A DNA stretch of 64,000 bases from Candidatus Micrarchaeota archaeon (GCA_018819225.1 JAHJQN010000005.1:32001-96000); one strand, 5' to 3'. Positions 40,419-50,597 are shown, numbered from the stretch's first letter. Made by a program: numbers and translations. The notes: generated from the letters alone by a model not told the origin.

Positions 40419-40712
40419 TTACTTGCCTAACGATTGCTTGAGCGCTTGAAATTCGGCATCCCGCATCGCGAACTCGAGGCTCTCGGCGTTCCCAAACAAG
40501 TCGTAGAACTTCATGCGCACGGACACCTTCCCCATGGCCGCCGTACCGAGTTTTTCCAACTCCACGACGTGCGTTCGCTGGATTTCCTTTTTTTCCGGGC
40601 CTTGCACCCGAAGCATGGAATCCGTTAACTCCAATGATCCGGACGTGCTGCCAAAATACGCGGCAAACGTTTCAGACATATTGCTCACAAACCCATTTAG
40701 ATACACGGGCAT
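40419..40712 (-). CDS. Small hypothetical protein
   Basis: Co-oriented with the protease; start may be 40680. Confidence 0.6.
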   Translation of the reverse strand: MPVYLNGFVSNMSETFAAYFGSTSGSLELTDSMLRVQGPEKKEIQRTHVVELEKLGTAAMGKVSVRMKFYDLFGNAESLEFAMRDAEFQALKQSLGK

Positions 40713-40780
40713 TTTAAAACGATATCGTTTAACTCCGACTTTTCCAAAGCATTTATATGCCTCTCGCGTTTTAGATCGGT

Positions 40781-41833
40781 ATGCGCGTGGCGTGGGTTTC
40801 CGATACCTTTGAACAGAATAACGGGGTGGCCGTCTACTTACATGAAACGCTGCCCTTGCTCGCCAAAAAAGTCTCCGTTCAATTGCTGACGGGAAGGGTG
40901 TTGCGCAAATACCCTTACCCCGTCAAATCCCTGACGTTCTTTCAAGACCCCCTCTTACCCGATTACGACATCGTATTACCGCCCACGCGTCCCCTTCCCG
41001 TGGACCTCATTCACGCCCACTCCCAATACAGTTTGGGGCTGTATGCAGCCAATTACCCCGGTAAACGCGTCGTGACCGCGCACTTCGTTCCCTACCATTT
41101 TCTTGAATTCTTTTTCGGAGCCCAACAGCCGCAAATGCTGAAGGATTCGGTTTGGCAATACGAGATCTGGCTCTTGAACCATTTCGACCGCGTGGTCTGC
41201 CAAACCAGGGCCGGCGCCAACATGTTCCGGAAACAAGGCCTCCGGAGAAAAGTGGAAGTGATTCCCAATGGCATCAACCTCGACAAATACAAGCATGTTT
41301 CCGGCGAACGCTTCAAGAAAAAATATAAGGTGAAGAAGCCGTTCGCGTTATTCATCGGCCGCCTGGACGCCAGCAAGCAACCGCACTGGATTCTGGAAAC
41401 GGCAAGAAAACTCAAAAACATTCCATTCTTGATTTCAGGATCCGGTACCCTGGAATCGCAACTCAAACGCGACGCGCCCGGGAACGTGAAATTCATGGGG
41501 CGTTTGCCCCGCGAGGATTTGCTGGACGCGTATGCCGCGAGTACGGCCTTGCTCATGCCTTCCGCCATTGAAACCGAAGGCTTGGTGGCCCAAGAGGCCA
41601 TGGCGTGCGGAACGCCCGCATTCATTTCCCCACTCGACGTGTTGAAGGAAGTCGTCGGAAAAGGCGGATTCGTGTGCAAAAATTCGAATGATATGGCGGT
41701 GAAGCTCGAGCAATACATGGATGACCGTTCGCTGCAAAACGAAATGAAGGTGCGCGCGCTCCAAGAAATCAAGAAACGGGAATTAAGTCGATCCATTGAC
41801 CAACTCGTTAAGCTCTACCTTTCGATGAAGTAG
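40781..41833 (+). CDS. Glycosyltransferase family 4
   Basis: NGVA, IPNGI, FIGRL, ETEGLVAQEAMACGTP. Confidence 0.93.
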   Translation: MRVAWVSDTFEQNNGVAVYLHETLPLLAKKVSVQLLTGRVLRKYPYPVKSLTFFQDPLLPDYDIVLPPTRPLPVDLIHAHSQYSLGLYAANYPGKRVVTAHFVPYHFLEFFFGAQQPQMLKDSVWQYEIWLLNHFDRVVCQTRAGANMFRKQGLRRKVEVIPNGINLDKYKHVSGERFKKKYKVKKPFALFIGRLDASKQPHWILETARKLKNIPFLISGSGTLESQLKRDAPGNVKFMGRLPREDLLDAYAASTALLMPSAIETEGLVAQEAMACGTPAFISPLDVLKEVVGKGGFVCKNSNDMAVKLEQYMDDRSLQNEMKVRALQEIKKRELSRSIDQLVKLYLSMK

Positions 41834-41838
41834 ATCGC

Positions 41839-42159
41839 ATGTACGCGAAAGTCCACGAACGCCGGTTCCTTCAAAATGACCGCGAGGTCGTTCGCCGCAT
41901 CACCGCGATCTGCGATGCCTCATTATTGGGTAAGATATTCGAGGAAAAAGGCATGGTGATTGACTTGAAGAAATACCGCTCGTTTTATGAAGGCGATAAA
42001 GTCGCGGCAAAAAAAGCCGAGCAATTGTTGAAAGAGGCGACGAACGCGAACCTCGTGGGGAAAAAAAGCGTGGGGTTGGCGCTAAAGGTCATGAAGGGAA
42101 ACGCATCCAGCGTGAAAACCATTCAAGGAATACCGCACCTGCAAATCTATTTCGTCTGA
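41839..42159 (+). CDS. DUF424 family protein
   Basis: AICDASLLGK, FYEG, ANLVGKKSV, IQGIPHLQI. Confidence 0.9.
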   Translation: MYAKVHERRFLQNDREVVRRITAICDASLLGKIFEEKGMVIDLKKYRSFYEGDKVAAKKAEQLLKEATNANLVGKKSVGLALKVMKGNASSVKTIQGIPHLQIYFV

Positions 42160-42304
42160 CGCCGGCGCCCAATCGACCAATATTTTTTTGAATTTCGAAT
42201 CCGCAATCCCAGACGCTCCACGGCTCGCGATAGGTCGCTATGCAAAGCAGACCCATCCATACCCGTTGCTTTTCGGGAAATATAAACAAGTACGGAAACG
42301 GGCT

Positions 42305-42673
42305 TCACTCGATTATTTCAAACGGAATCGCGTTGCCGTTCTTATCGTAAGCGCGCGTGCTCTTCGCGGTATACGGCAAGCACGAAATGAAATGATGCTG
42401 AAAATGCAAGGAAAAAAAGCGCAGGTCCGCATGGGAGGGCCGCGCGCTATACCCTGGATGCGAGTGAAACGAAGCCGTTAACGAAGGATCGGCGGCTAAA
42501 TGGTATAATTGGAAACCGGAATGATGCCTTCCGTATTCCGCCAGCGGGGCCAGAATCAATTCTTCGAGCACGTGCTGGCGTTCGCGAAACAGGCCGATGA
42601 ACTCGTTCGGGTGCACGTTGCGTGCGCCTTCCAACGCGCTCTCCAAAGCCACCCGCGTTATGCGTAACATCAT
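42305..42673 (-). CDS. JAMM/MPN+ metalloprotease
   Basis: HPNEFIGL, HSHPGYSARPSHAD JAMM motif. Confidence 0.92.
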   Translation of the reverse strand: MMLRITRVALESALEGARNVHPNEFIGLFRERQHVLEELILAPLAEYGRHHSGFQLYHLAADPSLTASFHSHPGYSARPSHADLRFFSLHFQHHFISCLPYTAKSTRAYDKNGNAIPFEIIE

Positions 42674-42705
42674 CCACCCACATTATATAGTCGAAACCAT
42701 TATGC

Positions 42706-43677
42706 ATGCTCATGCCCGCACTTTCTTTTAAGCAATTGGTTGAACGTCTGCGCAAACAGAGGGGGAGAACCGCGGTCGTCGGACACGCGCTCGCCGACGT
42801 GGATGCGGTGGCTTCCGCGGTCGTGCTCGCAAAATTGATTCATGCGGAAGCATGGGCACTGGACCGCATGCGTTCGACGGCCCAACACGTACTCCAACGC
42901 GCGCGAGTGCGACTGCCGACTCTGGAAAATGTGAATGCGTTCGAAAACGTGGTTCTGGTGGACGTCAGCAACGCGGCCTTGCTGGGAGCGCACGCACCCG
43001 CCATTGTGAAACACCCGAACGTTCTCGCTATTGATCATCACGCCCACAACCAAATGCTCCCCGTTCCGAAATACGTGGATGCCCGCAAGACCAGCTGCAG
43101 CGAAATCGTGTTTGAAATCGCGGCGTCCATGAAAAAACCCCTTTCTCCGGCGCTCGCCGCGTTATTGGCGTGCGGAATACTGGAAGATTCCGCGTTATTG
43201 AAGAGCGCCAACCAACAAACCATTCAAACGCTCGCGAAACTATTGCCTCAAACCAAGAAAGAATTGCAGGAACTCATTTCTTGGCTCGTGGAAGAACCTG
43301 CGGTCGACCAGCGTCTCGCCTCTTTAAACGCCCTCAAGAAAACCCGCCTGGAAAAACGCGGCGAAATCCTGATTGCGTGCTCGGAAACCAACGCCTACGA
43401 AAGCCGTACCTCCGCCTTATTAATTCAAATGGGCGCCGATGTCGCCATTACGAGTAATGTGAAAAGAGGAAGAATCAGCATCATCAAAAGCCGGCATGCC
43501 GCCATTAAGAAATTAAATGTCGGAATTCTCGCGAAACAAATTGCGCTTGCGTTCAATGGAAGCGGAGGCGGCCATCCGTTCATCGGAGGAATACGAGTCT
43601 CCGGCGCGCGTTCAAGCGCGGCCGTGGCGCGTACGATCGACGCGGTACGTTCTCAGGTAACGGGGTCTCGCCCATAG
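42706..43677 (+). CDS. DHH/DHHA1 phosphoesterase
   Basis: HALADVDAVAS, LVD, IDHH, GILEDS, GGGHP. Confidence 0.9.
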   Translation: MLMPALSFKQLVERLRKQRGRTAVVGHALADVDAVASAVVLAKLIHAEAWALDRMRSTAQHVLQRARVRLPTLENVNAFENVVLVDVSNAALLGAHAPAIVKHPNVLAIDHHAHNQMLPVPKYVDARKTSCSEIVFEIAASMKKPLSPALAALLACGILEDSALLKSANQQTIQTLAKLLPQTKKELQELISWLVEEPAVDQRLASLNALKKTRLEKRGEILIACSETNAYESRTSALLIQMGADVAITSNVKRGRISIIKSRHAAIKKLNVGILAKQIALAFNGSGGGHPFIGGIRVSGARSSAAVARTIDAVRSQVTGSRP

Positions 43678-43997
43678 AACCCGCGCTGCGCGATAATGCG
43701 CGCTTCAGTTCGGCAGTTCGCGCGTCACGAGCAAACGTTTCGTACTCGAGCGTATACACCACTAGAATCGCAAAAAACACGATGAGCGCGGGCACCAACA
43801 TGACCCCGCGGGCCACGACATCCTCTTGAAACACCATGCTCCCGATAATGAGAAAGAGAACAATAGACAAGAACAGGTGCGGCCTAAGCAGTAATATCTG
43901 GCTTCCAATCATTAAAGCAAACCCAAACGAGAGAAACGAATAAACCGCGATATATGGCTATGGCCAATACATTGCGCGGTAGAAAGCACGCGTTCAT
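43580..43997 (-). CDS. Small multi-pass membrane protein, apparently frameshifted at ATATAT 43950-43955
   Basis: Track ORF 43580-43912 is hydrophobic; the upstream frame MNACFLPRNVLAIAI joins ...YIAVYSFLSFGFALMIG if one AT unit is added. Confidence 0.5.
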
Positions 43998-44103
43998 ACC
44001 CGCATATACTTTCAAGAACGCTCACCCCCAACACTCCAACACGTATAAAAAGGATTAATGAGATGAACTGTCTGGGAAACGACGAACGGAATGGGTTTAG
44101 CCG

Positions 44104-45099
44104 ATGTTGCAACGAAAGGTCCAATTGACAGGTTCCTCGACGCTAGCCGTCAGTTTGCCGAAAGCCTGGACCAAGCGATACGATGTCAGGCCCCAAACCC
44201 CCCTATTCATTTGGGAGGGCCCGGACGGAAATCTCACGGTATCCAGAAACCACGACGTGCAACCAACCGAGGAAGCCCGGTTCGATGTCTCCCAGTTCGG
44301 AAACCGACCCGAGAACCTACGACGCGCATTCATAGCAAAATACTTGGCGGGTTCCACGAGCTTCCGCTTCACGTCCGCAAAACCCATCTCCAAAGTTTTC
44401 CGAAAAACGATTCTCGAGGAAAGTCACTTGCTCATCGGACTCGAAGTCGTCGACGAATCCGAACACGAGATTCACGTGCAAGACTTCTTTTCCCCCCGAT
44501 CCCTTTCGCTCGAAAAAGCCATGAAACGAACGCACGATATCCTCTGCCACATGCAGGAATCCATTTCCTTGTTCTTGGAAACCGGAGACGAAAATCTCCT
44601 CATTCAAACGCGGAATAAAGACGATGAAGTGGATCGCCTCATGTTCCTCGTATTGCGTTTATTGAATGCGTCGCTCAACAGCTCGCTCATGCTCGCCGAA
44701 CTCAAGCTCAGCACCAACGAATGCATTTACTATTCGTTCGTGATCCGCGTCCTCGAAAGCATGGCCGACAGTCTGGACAGTATTGCCGAACACTTGCAAC
44801 GAGCGCCCAACGGAAAAAAATTCATTCCAACGCGTCAAACCATTCGCGCATTAAACGACGAAGTGCTAGTACTTCAACGCAGCGCCATGAAGTCATTCTT
44901 TGAACGCGACGTGAAAAAAGCGAACGAAACGCTGGACGCGTACGAAAAACTGCTCCCGAAATTTGCGTCCATGAGCGATCGGTTGCACGAAAAAGAACTG
45001 TCGTTCGAGTACCGGCAAACCAAAAACTCGATGATGTGGGTCGCCCGCAAAGCCATGGACATTGCGGATACCGCGGTCGACGTCAGCTATCTTCACTGA
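44104..45099 (+). CDS. AbrB-PhoU phosphate uptake regulator
   Basis: RKVQLTGSSTLAVSLPKAW, IAKYLAG, DDEVDRL, LESMAD. Confidence 0.92.
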   Translation: MLQRKVQLTGSSTLAVSLPKAWTKRYDVRPQTPLFIWEGPDGNLTVSRNHDVQPTEEARFDVSQFGNRPENLRRAFIAKYLAGSTSFRFTSAKPISKVFRKTILEESHLLIGLEVVDESEHEIHVQDFFSPRSLSLEKAMKRTHDILCHMQESISLFLETGDENLLIQTRNKDDEVDRLMFLVLRLLNASLNSSLMLAELKLSTNECIYYSFVIRVLESMADSLDSIAEHLQRAPNGKKFIPTRQTIRALNDEVLVLQRSAMKSFFERDVKKANETLDAYEKLLPKFASMSDRLHEKELSFEYRQTKNSMMWVARKAMDIADTAVDVSYLH

Positions 45100-45380
45100 C
45101 CCGCTTCTTTTTGCTGCTGCCAGTACGGTTTCCGACGCTCCGCGTCATGCTCGAGAGCCTCGAACGCGTAGTGCTGCAATACGGTCGACATCTTCAACGC
45201 GTCCGCCGGCTTGAAGTACACGGATTCCGATCCCTCGATTCCATCGCGCCGCATGCGCATTGAAACGCTGGAGGAAAGCGGCTTGCCGTCCTTTTCCCGA
45301 CCTTCCCAAAAACTCACGTCCACGCTGCGCTTCGCGTAAGGAAACGCGAACTGCAGGCTCTTCCTCGGCCTCATTTTCAA
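45093..45380 (-). CDS. Small hypothetical protein downstream of radA
   Basis: 95-aa beta-rich ORF with C-terminal helix, co-oriented with radA. Confidence 0.65.
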   Translation of the reverse strand: MKMRPRKSLQFAFPYAKRSVDVSFWEGREKDGKPLSSSVSMRMRRDGIEGSESVYFKPADALKMSTVLQHYAFEALEHDAERRKPYWQQQKEAGQ

Positions 45381-45417
45381 CCACCCGCTTATTCAAAGAG
45401 CCTCCCATCAAAAAAAA

Positions 45418-46383
45418 TCAAAGGTCTCCGATGCCGTCCGTGCTCACCGTAAATACGCATTCGCCGTCTGGAAGACTCGGAGAGTCCACGAGCTTGGAAA
45501 TGCGGCGATCCTCTTTGCTTCGGCGAAAGTACATGCGGTACGTGCTCTGATGCGCCACAATGTTTCCTCCCACGGGCGTCGTGGGATCCCCGAACAAAAT
45601 GTCGGGCCGGTCCATGACTTGGTTCGTCACGTAAATCGCTAGATTGAATTGCTCCGCCAAACGCTGCAAGTCATGCAAGTGATTGTTCAATCGCCCCTGC
45701 CGCACTTGAAGCGTTCCTCTCCCAATGTAATCGTTTCGAAACGCGCTCATCAGCGAGTCCACGACAATAATTTTGATGTTCTTCTCCTTGATGAGCTCGC
45801 TCGCCTTTTGAACGAGCAAAATTTGGTGGTCCGAGTTTTTAGCGCGCGCCACAAACACTCGCTTCAGCGTCTCATCCGCATCCAAGCCCTTGGCCTGCGC
45901 CATCTGAGCCAAGCGCTCGGGACGGAACGTGTTCTCGCTGTCAATTAAAAGTGCGGCGCCATCCAATCCGCCCTTGTCCTTCGGGAGTTGCACGTTCACG
46001 CACAACTGGAAGCCCAGCTGCGATTTTCCGCTCCCGAATCGACCAAAAGCTTCCGTGATCGCCTGCGTCTCAATACCCCCGCCCAACAATTGATTCAATT
46101 CCTCGCTTCCCGTAGAAATTTTTTCAATCAACTTCCGGCGATCAAGCAACACCGCTCCGTCTTCGTAAGAAGGCTCGACGGCTTGCTTGGCTGCTGCAAT
46201 GACCTTGACCGCCGTATTCAATCCGATTCCAGTTGCTTCAACGAGCTCGGCCGGCATGCTCGCTGCCACGGATTCAATGTCGTAACCGGCTTCCTTGATC
46301 TTCGAGAGAATGTTTTCGCTGATTCCCTGAAGATCCTCGATGGTTTCCACTCGCTTTTCCTTTTGCGTCTCTTCATCTGCCAT
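45418..46383 (-). CDS. radA: DNA repair recombinase RadA
   Basis: GGGIETQAITEAFGRFGSGKSQ, ENTFRPER, VTNQV, VDSPSLP. Confidence 0.97.
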   Translation of the reverse strand: MADEETQKEKRVETIEDLQGISENILSKIKEAGYDIESVAASMPAELVEATGIGLNTAVKVIAAAKQAVEPSYEDGAVLLDRRKLIEKISTGSEELNQLLGGGIETQAITEAFGRFGSGKSQLGFQLCVNVQLPKDKGGLDGAALLIDSENTFRPERLAQMAQAKGLDADETLKRVFVARAKNSDHQILLVQKASELIKEKNIKIIVVDSLMSAFRNDYIGRGTLQVRQGRLNNHLHDLQRLAEQFNLAIYVTNQVMDRPDILFGDPTTPVGGNIVAHQSTYRMYFRRSKEDRRISKLVDSPSLPDGECVFTVSTDGIGDL

Positions 46384-46580
46384 GTTTCTCACCTTTATGC
46401 CAAGAGCCTTTATGAAAAAGGCATTTTCGGCCTCAATAACAGTAAACAACTCAAGATGACGCGCGTATTTAAAGAGAAGTGCCTACCCCATTTCCACTGT
46501 GGCACAACCGTTCAACCTAAACCTTTTATTGAGGACTGCAAGATCAAGTTGATCAACTGAATCGGAAAGGTGGACGCCCT

Positions 46581-47141
46581 ATGGAAAATCCTATCGTGAA
46601 CGGTTTACTGCTCGTATCCCTGCTATTGTTAGGGTGTTTAGGCGGATCCGCCAATACAGCGGCTACTCATACTCCCCAAACGGATGAAACGCATCAAGTC
46701 ATGGAGGGGGACGTGATGGATCAAGAAGAAGGAAATGCCATGCAAGACAACGGGCATGCGGACGACGGCGCGGTGATGGAAAAAGCGACGTATACGCCTT
46801 TTACGCAAGCGGCATTCGATCAAGCGAAAACCGAAGGCAAAGTGATTTTCTTGGAGTTTTACGCGAACTGGTGTCCCACGTGTCAAGTACAAAAACCGAA
46901 ACTCGAGCAAGGATTCACGGATCTTAATAATCCGAAAGTGGTTGGTTTCCAAGTAAACTACAAAGACTCGGAAACCGATGGAGACGAACAGGCATTAGCA
47001 CAACAATACGGCATTACGTACCAGCATACGCACGTTATTATTGATAGCAACGAGAACCTATTATTGAAGGAGTTGACGGACTGGAGCGCACAGGAGACGG
47101 TTGAAAAACTGAACGCAGCAACCGCTCAAGCCGGAGCCTAA
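46581..47141 (+). CDS. Thioredoxin-like lipoprotein
   Basis: LLLGC lipobox, FYANWCPTC. Confidence 0.9.
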   Translation: MENPIVNGLLLVSLLLLGCLGGSANTAATHTPQTDETHQVMEGDVMDQEEGNAMQDNGHADDGAVMEKATYTPFTQAAFDQAKTEGKVIFLEFYANWCPTCQVQKPKLEQGFTDLNNPKVVGFQVNYKDSETDGDEQALAQQYGITYQHTHVIIDSNENLLLKELTDWSAQETVEKLNAATAQAGA

Positions 47142-47164
47142 AAAACAAAGCAAGGGATAAAATA

Positions 47165-47902
47165 ATGGTAGAGATCACACTGGCGCTGGCGTTTCTGGCC
47201 GGACTTATTTCGTTTCTGAGTCCGTGCGTCATGCCGTTAATTCCGGCATACTTGACGTTCTTGGCTGGAACCACGGCTAAAGATGTGCAAGATAAAGTCG
47301 AGGGAGTACGCAAGCGCATTTTTCTAAGCAGCGTTTTCTTCGTCCTCGGATTCGGCGTCGTGTTCTCGCTTATTGGCGTGTTGCTGCAAAGCGTGTTAAG
47401 CAGCATCGCATTCGATGTCCAACGCTATCTCGGATACGTCGGAGGCGCCGTCATCATACTATTTGGATTGATTCTCATCGGAGTGCTCAAAATCCCGTTT
47501 CTGCAAGCCGAACACAAACTATCCGTTAAGAAAACGCGTTTCCAGTACCTTACCTCATTCATTTTTGGAGCGGCTTTCGCCGTCGGATGGACGCCTTGCG
47601 TCGGAGCCGTGCTCGGAGGGGTTCTGACCCTCGCGGCGACTCAACCGGGAGTGGCATTCCCGCTTATGCTCGCGTACTCGCTGGGGCTCGGACTACCGTT
47701 CCTGCTCGCCGGCGCATTCTTCTCGCGCACCACGGGAATCATTCAATGGCTGGGGCCGTACTTGAAAATCATTAACGTGTTCTTTGGAATTGTGCTGGTG
47801 ATTCTCGGCATCCTCGTGTTCACGGATTCCTTGAGCCAAATCGCTAACCTCTTGATTCCCGCGCAACTATTGGGTGCGGAACAAGCAATACTCGGAGAGT
47901 GA
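47165..47902 (+). CDS. ccdA: CcdA/DsbD transmembrane electron transporter
   Basis: SFLSPCVMPLIPAY, GWTPCVG, YSLGLGLPF. Confidence 0.94.
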   Translation: MVEITLALAFLAGLISFLSPCVMPLIPAYLTFLAGTTAKDVQDKVEGVRKRIFLSSVFFVLGFGVVFSLIGVLLQSVLSSIAFDVQRYLGYVGGAVIILFGLILIGVLKIPFLQAEHKLSVKKTRFQYLTSFIFGAAFAVGWTPCVGAVLGGVLTLAATQPGVAFPLMLAYSLGLGLPFLLAGAFFSRTTGIIQWLGPYLKIINVFFGIVLVILGILVFTDSLSQIANLLIPAQLLGAEQAILGE

Positions 47903-49065
47903 AAGAAAACATGAAATGGCAGAATAATCCGTTACTTATTGGGGCCTCGATCGTGTTAATTGCGAGTGCGATCTGGTTTATTCAGACCGCCAAAAGCCCG
48001 ATTGAAAGCGCGAGCCATTTGCTTCCCAATGTTCAAACCGCAGGCTCGATCCAGCCGTTTGCCAACAATGAAAACGATGACTACGATCCACAACGCGAGA
48101 TTCCCGTTAAGCCATTTCCGTTAGCGCCCGAATTCCAGCAAATTCACGGATACATCAACGCGCCCGAAGGACTGTCGCTCAAGAAAGATTTGCAGGGGAA
48201 AGTCGTTCTAGTGGATTTTTGGACGTACAGCTGCATTAACTGCATCCGCACCCTTCCGCATTTGAAGGAATGGCACCGCAAGTACGCGGATAAAGGCTTG
48301 GTCATTGTCGGGGTCCATTCGCCGGAATTTGCGTTTGAAAAAGAATTCAAAAACGTTCTTGCAGCCGTGGAGAATAACGGGATTGAATACCCCGTTATTC
48401 TCGATAACGATTTTGTGACGTGGAGATTTTACGAGAATCGGTTCTGGCCGCACAAATATCTCGTGGACGCGGACGGATACATCCGGTATGATCACATCGG
48501 GGAAGGCGGATACGATGAAACCGAGCAACAAATCATTGAATTATTAATGGAACGCGATCGCAACCTGCAATGGTCTCAACAAACGAGCAGCGTGACCCCT
48601 GCACCTCCGGATTTCTCGCTCATCGAAACCCCTGAAATATATTTGGGTTATGGATTCGCGCGCCAGCCCCTCGGAAACCCGGAGAATTTCCAACCAGGAG
48701 AAATCGTCTCGTACCAGCTCCCTGAATCATTCGAATCCAACCTCGCTTACCTTGAAGGAGATTGGGAAAATGAAAACGATTTCGTGCGCCTTATCTCCAA
48801 TACCGGAAAAGTCGCATTGAAATACAAGGCATCCAAACTGAACATCGTCGCCGGTTCTCCCTCGGAATCAACGCTCTTCATTGAACTTGACGACCGGCCA
48901 TTAGGAGAAAATGCAGGGGATGATGTATCGAAAACCGATGGACGCGCTATGGTGAAAGAACAAAAGCTGTACAATCTCGTTTCCTCGGCCGACTACCAAT
49001 CCCGAACCATCGTGTTTGAAGTGAACGGGAAGGGGTTTGAGCTTTACACGTTCACGTTCGGATAA
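47899..49065 (+). CDS. TlpA-like redoxin with DipZ-like C-terminal domain
   Basis: VDFWTYSCINC, GVHSPEF, HIGEGGY, TPEIYLG, YTFTFG. Confidence 0.92.
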   Translation: MKENMKWQNNPLLIGASIVLIASAIWFIQTAKSPIESASHLLPNVQTAGSIQPFANNENDDYDPQREIPVKPFPLAPEFQQIHGYINAPEGLSLKKDLQGKVVLVDFWTYSCINCIRTLPHLKEWHRKYADKGLVIVGVHSPEFAFEKEFKNVLAAVENNGIEYPVILDNDFVTWRFYENRFWPHKYLVDADGYIRYDHIGEGGYDETEQQIIELLMERDRNLQWSQQTSSVTPAPPDFSLIETPEIYLGYGFARQPLGNPENFQPGEIVSYQLPESFESNLAYLEGDWENENDFVRLISNTGKVALKYKASKLNIVAGSPSESTLFIELDDRPLGENAGDDVSKTDGRAMVKEQKLYNLVSSADYQSRTIVFEVNGKGFELYTFTFG

Positions 49066-49161
49066 TTGAAAAAAGACGAAATACCGTAGCCCCTAGAGGA
49101 TATTTCGTACTAAAGAATCCGAAATTTTGGCTAGTTAATGCAAATTTCAGTCACCGAAATG

Positions 49162-49194
49162 CTTATATATCACCTATAATCTACGATAAACGTA
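49162..49194 (+). promoter_or_regulatory. TATA box (49162-49169) plus operator-like TACGATAAACGTA (49182-49194) of SP2
   Basis: Same 12-nt TATA-to-palindrome spacing as the other two paralogs. Confidence 0.65.
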
Positions 49195-49231
49195 TCAGGA
49201 TTTTGTTTATTCGAACAGAATCAGCAAAGAG

Positions 49232-49855
49232 GTGATTGAGTTGCGTCCCACCCGCATACTCGCATTAGGTTTAATAGTCGCTGGCGTCATGTCGGTAATT
49301 GTCTACGCGGCAGTCGAACAATCGGATAACACGAATGTTGCGGTGCCAACAAATAACGGAACTTCCACCAACCTATCGGTTGCCGGACGAATGCAGCAAT
49401 ACGTTGGCTTCTACGGAAACATGAGCTACCAGGTCCGTAATGATACGACGGTAGGCAACATTCTGTACCAGAAAACCGTTACTCAAGGAGTGCTCTATTT
49501 CTTCAAAAATGGCGCTACTCCAACGGAACCGTTCGTGAACGCCTCGACGAACAGCACCACGGATACCAATTTCTCGCTCACGGGGTATTATGTGACCGGA
49601 AACCATTTCGATACGAACGCGTCTGATGGACAATGCGCGTCCAATCTGGATCTGAAGGTATTGAATACCACAGATGGCCGAAGCACGGCCATTCTATTTG
49701 ATTCATCAACAGCTGGCACGGAGAATTACCTCTTCTGCACCAACATCAGTTCGTTCACGTCAACAAACGGATTCGGTACCATCAACTACGAGATCGTGGT
49801 GGCCAAGACGCCAACGTATATGGCGTATGACATCTGGCACGACTTAACCACCTGA
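49232..49855 (+). CDS. Secreted ~200-aa hypothetical protein, paralog SP2
   Basis: Signal peptide, QYVGFYGN, Cys pair, YDIWHDLT. Confidence 0.88.
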   Translation: MIELRPTRILALGLIVAGVMSVIVYAAVEQSDNTNVAVPTNNGTSTNLSVAGRMQQYVGFYGNMSYQVRNDTTVGNILYQKTVTQGVLYFFKNGATPTEPFVNASTNSTTDTNFSLTGYYVTGNHFDTNASDGQCASNLDLKVLNTTDGRSTAILFDSSTAGTENYLFCTNISSFTSTNGFGTINYEIVVAKTPTYMAYDIWHDLTT

Positions 49856-49876
49856 TGCGAAAAATATGAAAATCAA

Positions 49877-49889
49877 TACGATTTTCGTA
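49877..49889 (+). promoter_or_regulatory. Palindrome TACGATTTTCGTA upstream of Lrp paralog 2
   Basis: Identical to the palindromes at 10985 and 50618. Confidence 0.65.
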
Positions 49890-50002
49890 TTTTTTACTAA
49901 CCTTTTTCGTTTTTATTTTTTTAGGATTCGCAAAGAAGAGCTTGTGAAGCCCGTTGTTTGGAAGGCTCGCCGGAAAAAACCCACGTGAGGAGGAAAGGAA
50001 TA

Positions 50003-50437
50003 GTGGATGAGCTTGACCTCAAAATTGTTCGGCGCCTGCAGGCCGATGGAAGGATTCGCTTCCTCAAGCTAGCGAAAGAGCTGGACGTCAGTGAAGGGAC
50101 CATTCGCAAGCGCGTTCAAATCCTCGAGGACAAGAAAGTCGTTATTCAATACTCCGCAATCGTGGATCCCCGCAAGATCGGTTTTGATTCCGTGGCGTTT
50201 ATTGGTTTGAATATTGAACCGCTCAAGTTTCTGAAGGTCGTGGAAGCGCTCTCGCGATTGGAGGAACTCTCGTACTTGGCAACGGCAACAGGAGAGCACA
50301 TGGTGCTTATGGAGGTGTGGATGCGTAACCAAGAAGAGATCACGCGCTTCATCAATGAAAAAATTTCGGTCATGGACGGCGTAAATAAAATTTCGCCCAC
50401 CATCATCCTCGAACGCGTCAAGCTTAAGCATAAATAA
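50003..50437 (+). CDS. Lrp/AsnC regulator, LrpA/Ptr2 type (paralog 2)
   Basis: GTG start after GAGGAGG gives 144 aa, the same length as paralog 1; LAKELDVSEGTIRKRV, ATGEHM. Confidence 0.93.
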   Translation: MDELDLKIVRRLQADGRIRFLKLAKELDVSEGTIRKRVQILEDKKVVIQYSAIVDPRKIGFDSVAFIGLNIEPLKFLKVVEALSRLEELSYLATATGEHMVLMEVWMRNQEEITRFINEKISVMDGVNKISPTIILERVKLKHK

Positions 50438-50597
50438 TGCGCATCGGCCGGCCCCTTGCTCCAAAACCCCTCTTCTTCTTTTGAGGGGCCGCTTGAACTG
50501 ATAGGCGAAGCCCCCTTCAAAATCAAGAGCTTCTTCGAATACACTACAATGCATTTCACTAAGTCTAATAGCAATTATGGTATTCATAACCAAAAGC

